Virus record (IMG/VR): IMGVR_UViG_3300032245_001127
DNA from: a virus
DNA: 64,000 nucleotides
Reading direction: 5' to 3' (one strand)
A program made the position numbers and the translations under genes. Of the stretch, positions 58,401 through 64,000 are shown piece by piece (the stretch's first letter is position 1; each line of letters starts with the position of its first letter). The notes beneath the pieces are model-generated. The model worked only from the letters and a program-made list of their open reading frames with translations. It had not been told where the DNA came from and ran no database searches.

Positions 58401-59224
58401 GTTGTAGTACCTGTTCCAGCACCAAGATTTAAAGATGTAGCAGCACCACCAACGTTCAATGTTGTGGCAGTTGTATTTAATAAATTGAAAGTTGTTTGAG
58501 AAGTTGTTAGATCACCACCATTAACTGCTAAATCGCCAGCAATAACTGCGTTTCCTGTAGATGCGTTTGATGTAAATTTTGAAGTTGCAACAGAAAAATT
58601 ACTTTCAGCATTTAAAGTTCCTTTAATATTTGTATTTCCTGTAGATGCTTCGATTGTAACTTTATCCGTACCAATTGCTACGTTTCCAGTAATTGCAGCT
58701 GTACCCTCGATCGCAGTATTTCCATTTCCTGCGTTTACTGTAAATTTATCTGTATTTACTGAAAAGTTTCCAACTACATTTGCAGTTGAACCAAGAGATG
58801 CTGCACCAGTTGTGTTTAACGTGTTAGTTCTTACATCTGACCATTTTTTAGAAACTGTACCTAATGAATAAGTGTTATCTGTATTCGGAACTATATTTGA
58901 ATTTACATCTGCACCAAAAACAACATTATCAGTGTCAGCATCACCCATAGTGATTGTTCCACCATTAAATGTTGTTGTTCCTGTAACAGTTAAATTTCCG
59001 CCAACATTTACGTTTCCTGTTGTAGTTAAAGATGCAATCGAAGGAGTTGATGTAGCATCAACGTTTGTCATATCAGCACGTAATAATTCTTTACCACCTA
59101 CTGTTGATCCGTCATGAACAACAGCAACTTTTTTTGAAGTATTAATTGTTAATTCGCCATCTGCTCCTGTGAAAGATGCATGTTGGGCTGTCGTTCCTCT
59201 TCTTAATTGTAATTGTGTTGGCAT
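55445..59224 (-). CDS. Long fibre protein with Mtd/hyaluronidase-type N-terminus and 37-aa repeats
   Basis: [19 protein letters not shown]; TLTNK repeats. Confidence 0.85.
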   Translation of the reverse strand: MPTQLQLRRGTTAQHASFTGADGELTINTSKKVAVVHDGSTVGGKELLRADMTNVDATSTPSIASLTTTGNVNVGGNLTVTGTTTFNGGTITMGDADTDNVVFGADVNSNIVPNTDNTYSLGTVSKKWSDVRTNTLNTTGAASLGSTANVVGNFSVNTDKFTVNAGNGNTAIEGTAAITGNVAIGTDKVTIEASTGNTNIKGTLNAESNFSVATSKFTSNASTGNAVIAGDLAVNGGDLTTSQTTFNLLNTTATTLNVGGAATSLNLGAGTGTTTVNNNLTVTGNLTVSGTTTTVDSTTVNIQNAFVFEGATADNFETTLTTVDPTADRTLSLPDATDTLVGRATSDTLTNKSISLTTNTITGTKAEFNAAMTDADFATLAGSETLTNKSISLTTNTITGTKAEFNAALSDGDFATLAGTETLTNKTLTTPIISSISNTGTLTLPTSTDTLVGRATTDTLTNKTLTTPVISSISNSGTITIPTGTDTLVGRATTDTLTNKSIDLTSNTITGTLAQFNTALSDDNFVSLTGTETLTNKTLTTPVISSVSNSGTITIPTGTDTLVGKATTDTLTNKSINLANNIITGTTAEFNTALSDDNFVTISGAETLTNKTLTSPVITTISTTSNSNISLSPDGTGVVNVPAGYTGRAGFGANSLVPKSYIDALEAGLHVHASVKAATTDTLAVLTGGTVTYDNGTAGNGATLTLQNALTTLDTSYTVVSGDRLLIKNQANAAHNGIYTIDATKTILTRATDFDSVSEVASGDFLFVSNGTQFGNQGFVQTIPMVTVGTTNISFTQFSGAGQIIAGNGLTKDGNTIDAVGTADRITVNANSIDIASTYAGQNTITTLGTISSGTWQGSAIAGQYGGTGVNNSGKTLTLGGNFTHTGAHTLGLTTTANTSITLPTTGTVATLDGSETLTNKNLELPKIVPNGYGLAGIITNNSTLVLRINETLGAVNELAINNAATGNNPTLSATGSDANVGLNITPKGTGVVVLGNTETAAGKTLALSGSSSGKTTLNVAATASGTLTLPSATDTLVGRATTDTLTNKTLTSPVISSISNTGTLTLPTSTDTLVGRTTTDTLTNKTLTSPVISSISNTGTLTLPTSTDTLVGRATTDTLTNKTLTSPIISTISNTGTLTLPTSTDTLVGRATTDTLTNKTIGAATISGNLIPNANATIDLGSAANKFRHLYLDGASLFMGSTKVSMHADGYFVFNNNSAGGYPSGSNVSVATATNGVGGGGGVSSSTAAALAIALGGM
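55760..56092 (-). repeat. Three tandem 111-bp coding repeats
   Basis: [37 protein letters not shown] x3, near-identical. Confidence 0.9.
57407..58183 (-). repeat. Seven tandem 111-bp coding repeats of two types
   Basis: Order B-B-A-A-B-A-B, each 37 aa and starting TLTNK. Confidence 0.9.
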
Positions 59225-59225
59225 G

Positions 59226-59582
59226 TTATATTAATCCTTGGTTATCTATAATTCTTAAACCATCTGTTGCTTGATTGTCGTATGTAAATAATACATTTTG
59301 TCCAAAAGCATCAACAGTTGGGTCTGTTATATTTCCATAATCTCCTAATGGAAATACACCATATTTAATTGCAAAAGAAAGTTGATTAAGTAATACGTCA
59401 TCAGTTCCTTCTTGTCCAGCAGTTCCTGCTCCAGATGAAAAATATGCTATTTGTCCTGCAGCATTTTTATAATAAAGTTTTCCATCTGCATAATTTAATG
59501 CAACTTCTCTATATGATAAATCAGAAGGAGATGGCGCAAGATTTGGTATTGCTGAACCTTTAAGTTTTACAACTGTTGCCAT
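59226..59582 (-). CDS. Small fibre-associated structural protein
   Basis: L...EVALNYADGKLYYKN motif shared with fibre N-termini. Confidence 0.7.
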   Translation of the reverse strand: MATVVKLKGSAIPNLAPSPSDLSYREVALNYADGKLYYKNAAGQIAYFSSGAGTAGQEGTDDVLLNQLSFAIKYGVFPLGDYGNITDPTVDAFGQNVLFTYDNQATDGLRIIDNQGLI

Positions 59583-59681
59583 TTACTTTTTTTCCTTTTG
59601 CTTTTTTCTTTTTTGTATCTCTTTATATCTCTTTTTTAACAATGTACGAAATGGGAGACCTGTACGTTTTCTTTGTGCCAT
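59583..59681 (-). CDS. 32-aa highly basic peptide (not in track)
   Basis: MAQRKRTGLPFRTLLKKRYKEIQKRKKQKEKK; stop abuts the next ATG. Confidence 0.45.
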   Translation of the reverse strand: MAQRKRTGLPFRTLLKKRYKEIQKRKKQKEKK

Positions 59682-59707
59682 TTTAGATCTTTACTTCTAA
59701 AATTTAA

Positions 59708-62350
59708 TTATGCGTAAATTCCACCATCAACATCGCCATAAGTCAAACTTGCGCCATTTCCTGCAACTTGCAATACTTGACCAGCTGTTCCGATGTTCAA
59801 TTTGCTTAATACATTGTTTGCAGTCGCAACTAATAAATCACCAACTGAATAGCTTGATTGACCAGTTCCACCATATGGCGCACCAATTGTTGTGCCTTGC
59901 CATGTACCTGATGAAATTGTTCCTAATGTTGTGATTGAATTTTGTCCAACGTAAGTTGAAGCAATATCGATTGAATCAGCACCAACAGTTATACGATCTG
60001 CAGTTCCAACTACTGCTAAAACACCATTATTAAATGTTAATCCGTTTCCTGCAGTTGAAGATTTTAATCCTAGTTCGTCAGAAACTATTTCTAATCCACC
60101 ATTTGTGTTTAAAACAATATCAAATGTTGTTCCAGTTAATGATAAACCTTGACCAGCTGTATAAGTTCCTGCTCCAGAAAATTGTTCAAATGAAATATTT
60201 GAAGAACCAAACGTAACCATCTGAACTGTTTGCACCCAACCAGTTTTTCCATTTGCTGTACCATATGATACGAATAAAAAGTCTCCACTCGCAACTTCAA
60301 GTACTGTATCAAAATCAGCAGCACGTGTAAATATTGTTGAAGATGTACGAACATAGATACCATTATGAGCAGCATTCGCTTGGTTTTTAATCAATACACG
60401 ATCACCATTTACTAATGAATATCCATCTAATATACTAATTCCTGTTGAAAGAGTAATTGTTGCTCCAGAACCATTTGTTCCATTATCGTAAGTTGCTGTA
60501 CCACCAGAATGTGCTTCAAGTGTAGTTGTTGTAGCAGCTTTTACTGATGCATGAACGTGAAGTCCTTCAGCAACTGCATCTACGTATGCTTTATTCGCAG
60601 CATCTTGTGCCTGTGTTGGTGCTGCAACATTTTGAATTTTCGCAAAGTTTGCAGAAATATGACCTGATCCATTCGGAGCAAGTGTAATTCCACCATTTGC
60701 ATCTGTAGCACTAATTGTGTTTCCATCAATTCTTATATTATCAACATCTAATTGTTGAATACCAGCTAATGATAAAGAAGTTGATCCTAATGAAACAGTC
60801 GTAGATCCAAATGTAACTGAACTGTTCACTAATTGAGCGTTATCTACTCCTGCAGTTTTAATTGATACTGCACCACTACTTACAGAAAAATCTCCTGAAT
60901 CAAAAGAAGCAACCCCTGCATTTGTTGTTGTTGCAAGTTCTGCATCAATTGTTAAAGTGTTTGCAGCATCATTATATGTTAAATCTATTCCTTCGCCAGC
61001 TACTAATAAACCATTAACGATATCTTCAACTCTTTCAGCATTTAAAGTAACATTTCCTGACGAAACTGAGAAATCAGTTGAATCAAAAGATGCAACACCT
61101 TTATTTACTGAAGATGCATCTTCTGCTGAAATTGTTAATGTATTATTTGTGACAGTAGTATCAATTCCTTCACCACCAGTAAATGTTAATGTATCTGTTA
61201 AATGAGCAACCGCATCTGTTCCTGTATCACCTGCAATATTTAATGTAGTTGAAATATTTGCTGTACCAGCAGCAGTTAATTGTCCTTGTGCATTTACAGT
61301 AAATGTAGGGATTGCTGTAGTTGACCCATAAGAACCAGCAGTGACAGCTGTGTTTGTAATATTAATTGTAGAAGTATTTCCTGCATCACTATTTGTGACA
61401 GTAATACCAGTTCCTGAAGTAACTGCACCACCTACTGTATCATAAATGAATTCAGCAAGAGTGTCTGTTGTACCATTAATGTATGGATTGTTTAAAACTA
61501 ATTTACCAGTACCATTTGGAGTTATACTAATATCACCATTTGTGTTTGTAGATGATAATGTATTTGTATCTAATCTTAAATTATCAATATTAATTACACC
61601 ACCAACATTTAAATTTTCAGCAATACCAACACCACCATCAACAACTAATGCTCCAGTTGAAGTTGATGTTGACGTTAAAGTTGAATTAATATTTGTTGTT
61701 AAAATTTTTGACGCAACATCAAGACTGTCTTTGTCTAAAGACATTGCTTCAGTTCCGTCAGTTACAAATTTTAATGTGTCATCTGAAAGTCCTGGAGAAG
61801 ATTCTGCAGAAATGTATGTTAAACCATCAACAGATTTAACACCACCTAGAGATCCCCAAGTTGATCCTGAATATCCTTCGAAAGAAGAAGTTTCAGTATT
61901 GTATCGAATTGTTCCTTGTACGTTCGGTCCACGTTGAGAAGTTGTACCAACTGGAATCGCAACTCCATTTGTGCCTACGATTGATACATAACCAGTTCCA
62001 TTCGGATCTAATACAATATTTCCATTGGCATCAGTTGAAGTAATTGTATTTCCGTTTAGATCTAGATTATCTACTTTTAAATTGTCAAGTTTGCTATTTG
62101 AATCTGTAATTAATGCAGATGATGCTGTAAGTGTACCACGAGTGTGATCAAGTAAATCAGTGAAATATTTTCCACCGACAACAATATGATTTGCTGCGTT
62201 TCCACCTGTTTCAGTACCTATACCAACGTAGAGACGATCACCACCATTGATATCGTTATTTTCTAAAGCCGAATAAGCAAGTTCCCCTGCTGCTAATATT
62301 GCGGGATTTCCTGCCGTACTTGATCGTTTAATTCTTATAATTGATGCCAT
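59708..62350 (-). CDS. Tail fibre-like structural protein
   Basis: MASIIRIKRS..GELAYS; IRYN...FEGY..W; DAANKAYVD; ends DGGIY. Confidence 0.85.
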   Translation of the reverse strand: MASIIRIKRSSTAGNPAILAAGELAYSALENNDINGGDRLYVGIGTETGGNAANHIVVGGKYFTDLLDHTRGTLTASSALITDSNSKLDNLKVDNLDLNGNTITSTDANGNIVLDPNGTGYVSIVGTNGVAIPVGTTSQRGPNVQGTIRYNTETSSFEGYSGSTWGSLGGVKSVDGLTYISAESSPGLSDDTLKFVTDGTEAMSLDKDSLDVASKILTTNINSTLTSTSTSTGALVVDGGVGIAENLNVGGVINIDNLRLDTNTLSSTNTNGDISITPNGTGKLVLNNPYINGTTDTLAEFIYDTVGGAVTSGTGITVTNSDAGNTSTINITNTAVTAGSYGSTTAIPTFTVNAQGQLTAAGTANISTTLNIAGDTGTDAVAHLTDTLTFTGGEGIDTTVTNNTLTISAEDASSVNKGVASFDSTDFSVSSGNVTLNAERVEDIVNGLLVAGEGIDLTYNDAANTLTIDAELATTTNAGVASFDSGDFSVSSGAVSIKTAGVDNAQLVNSSVTFGSTTVSLGSTSLSLAGIQQLDVDNIRIDGNTISATDANGGITLAPNGSGHISANFAKIQNVAAPTQAQDAANKAYVDAVAEGLHVHASVKAATTTTLEAHSGGTATYDNGTNGSGATITLSTGISILDGYSLVNGDRVLIKNQANAAHNGIYVRTSSTIFTRAADFDTVLEVASGDFLFVSYGTANGKTGWVQTVQMVTFGSSNISFEQFSGAGTYTAGQGLSLTGTTFDIVLNTNGGLEIVSDELGLKSSTAGNGLTFNNGVLAVVGTADRITVGADSIDIASTYVGQNSITTLGTISSGTWQGTTIGAPYGGTGQSSYSVGDLLVATANNVLSKLNIGTAGQVLQVAGNGASLTYGDVDGGIYA

Positions 62351-62362
62351 TGTTTTCTCCTG

Positions 62363-62641
62363 TTAAAATTCCCCACTATCTACATTTTGTAGATTTAAAT
62401 TTTTAGTGCTTGTCCATTTTGATGTTGCAGTTTTATAAACTAATACTGAACCATTTTGTAATCCTTCAGAAATTACATCTACTTCTGCGTTTTCACTTAA
62501 AGGAACAACCGCACCAGATGTTCCTTGAATACCAATAGTTGTTATAGTAGTGTTGCCTTCAGTTGACGACTGTGTAAGTGTCGTATTTCCTGGATTCAAT
62601 TCACCACCTTGAGTCGATATATTTGCTATAATTTCTGCCAT
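62363..62641 (-). CDS. Small virion protein
   Basis: GSVLVY...KW, DSGEF ending. Confidence 0.65.
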   Translation of the reverse strand: MAEIIANISTQGGELNPGNTTLTQSSTEGNTTITTIGIQGTSGAVVPLSENAEVDVISEGLQNGSVLVYKTATSKWTSTKNLNLQNVDSGEF

Positions 62642-62642
62642 A

Positions 62643-62978
62643 TTATCTTGTTACTTCTGGATTAATTGTAACTATTCCTTCCATTAAACGACTTTTTTTA
62701 CCACTTGCACTTGTCACTTCAACATCATAAACATATCTTCCAGCTTTCATCGCACTTGAAGTAGTTGCACTCAATTCTAATTTAATTTGTCCATTTGTTT
62801 GTGGAGAAATTATAGTTGCTGTAAAGGAAGTATAAGTTGTTGAACCATATCCTCTACGCATTTGAGCAGCAATTGTATAATTGGTAAAATCTCTCGGTGT
62901 ACCATTAACATTCTTAAAATCTATAATCGCTGACCAATCAGTTCCTTGGTCTATAAACAAGTCGCTAACTGTTGCCAT
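62643..62978 (-). CDS. Small Ig-like virion protein (BppU-N-like)
   Basis: IDQGTD, GRYVYDV, EG.V...P.VT; late promoter upstream. Confidence 0.75.
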   Translation of the reverse strand: MATVSDLFIDQGTDWSAIIDFKNVNGTPRDFTNYTIAAQMRRGYGSTTYTSFTATIISPQTNGQIKLELSATTSSAMKAGRYVYDVEVTSASGKKSRLMEGIVTINPEVTR

Positions 62979-63002
62979 TTCTCTCTTCCCTATTTATAAA
63001 AA

Positions 63003-63641
63003 TTAATTATTCCAAGTATTTACTCGCCATCCTTGAGTAATATTTGTGTAAGTATATAATTTAATTTGTCCTGCAGTCGTACTAATTGGATTAATTGGAG
63101 AAGTTCCATTTCCATCAACGTTATGACCATTTGTATTCAATATAACTCGTTGACTTACAGTTCCCCATGTACGATTTAAATCTCCAATCCAAATTGAATC
63201 ACCTAATATTGCTGTTGCTGGCAGTGTTACTGTAACGTTTCCAGCTGAGGAATTAACCCAATAAAAATTTCCTTTTGAAGCTGTAAAGTCGCTAGTTTTA
63301 ATTTGGTGTGTAAGTGGCAATTTAGAAGTAACTGAATCTGCAAATTTCTCAGCAATGAGTGTGTTATTTGCAACTGTATTTAAAAGTGATTGTTTTGAAA
63401 GATAAATTGCATGAAGTGCAGTTCCTGATGCGATTGCTGCACCAGCAATAGAAATAGTGTTACCACCATTTAAAAGTGTATAATCGATTCCAGGAATTAA
63501 TATTGTTCCTGCTCGAATAAGAAGTATTGATGATGCAGATCCAATCGGATAATCGAGTGCGAAGGAAGTGCTTACACTGTTTGGTGTAAACACTTGAACT
63601 TCGAGACTTCCGTAATTTGGTTCTCTTCCAAGATATGGCAT
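63003..63641 (-). CDS. Tail fibre-like structural protein
   Basis: MPYLGREP; YWVNSS..TVTLP...GD; GW ending. Confidence 0.7.
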   Translation of the reverse strand: MPYLGREPNYGSLEVQVFTPNSVSTSFALDYPIGSASSILLIRAGTILIPGIDYTLLNGGNTISIAGAAIASGTALHAIYLSKQSLLNTVANNTLIAEKFADSVTSKLPLTHQIKTSDFTASKGNFYWVNSSAGNVTVTLPATAILGDSIWIGDLNRTWGTVSQRVILNTNGHNVDGNGTSPINPISTTAGQIKLYTYTNITQGWRVNTWNN

Positions 63642-63653
63642 TTAGAACCCTCT

Positions 63654-64000
63654 CTATGCTTGTGATTCAGACCAAGATATTTTTCCTGACACAAACATTG
63701 GCGATGCTGCTGTGATCGTCGACGTATCTGTTGGCTGAATTGCCACTGTTAATAAGTCTGGACCACTCGGGAATATAGAGTCACCACCTAATATTGAGTT
63801 TCCTAAATCAATCAATCCTTTTAGATCGATATTTGTAGAACCTGTTGATACTTTCGTAGAAAAGATCGGTACACCATCTTTAATCACGTCACCTGTATCA
63901 TGCGATATCAGATTAGATAATGATGGAGATGGCACTTTATCGAAAAGTAATTTCGATGGAATACCATTTAATATAAAGAAAACGTTCACGTCTTTATTTG
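63654..64000 (-). CDS. C-terminal part of a virion structural protein (start outside window)
   Basis: LGNSILGG..FP.GPD.LT...SW.ESQA ending seen in T4-like structural proteins. Confidence 0.7.
   Translation of the reverse strand, partial: NKDVNVFFILNGIPSKLLFDKVPSPSLSNLISHDTGDVIKDGVPIFSTKVSTGSTNIDLKGLIDLGNSILGGDSIFPSGPDLLTVAIQPTDTSTITAASPMFVSGKISWSESQA

Noticed and set aside
55445-59224. Diversity-generating retroelement suggested by the Mtd-like N-terminus
   Set aside because: No reverse transcriptase and no adenine-specific TR/VR pair seen; repeats are in-frame structural units
1-64000. Apparent scarcity of GGCC/CCGG and possible alternative genetic code
   Set aside because: Motif counts cannot be made reliably by eye in AT-rich DNA; standard code gives intact core genes ending in TAA, TAG and TGA

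Overview
This is a 64 kb, AT-rich segment of a T4-like myophage genome of the aquatic cyanophage/pelagimyophage type. An alphaproteobacterial host such as SAR11/LD12 is suggested, but that is inference only. All credible genes are on the minus strand. Reading right to left: tail fibres, neck gp13-15, terminase gp17, tail gp18/19, portal, prohead gp21/22, capsid gp23, gp3, uvsY/uvsW, gp55/47/46, peptide deformylase, CobT/CobS-like VWA-MoxR pair, gp45-gp44-tRNA(Thr)-gp62-regA, hsp20, gp43, an operon of secreted and lipoprotein genes, uvsX/gp41, a TET/JBP + beta-glucosyltransferase-like DNA hypermodification cassette, and a late operon of probable head-packaged enzymes. The most notable items are: (1) the four-gene hypermodification cassette, which has no methyltransferase; (2) ligase-like, HIGH-type and Pol-beta-type nucleotidyltransferases with capsid-targeting-like leaders and modular tails; (3) a ROSE-like thermometer and RpoH-like promoter ahead of a coupled small gene plus hsp20; (4) a tRNA wedged between the clamp-loader genes; (5) an ArfA-like peptide; (6) a promoter family that gives near-leaderless mRNAs, plus one antisense copy. 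All assignments come from motif recognition by eye. No database searches were run.
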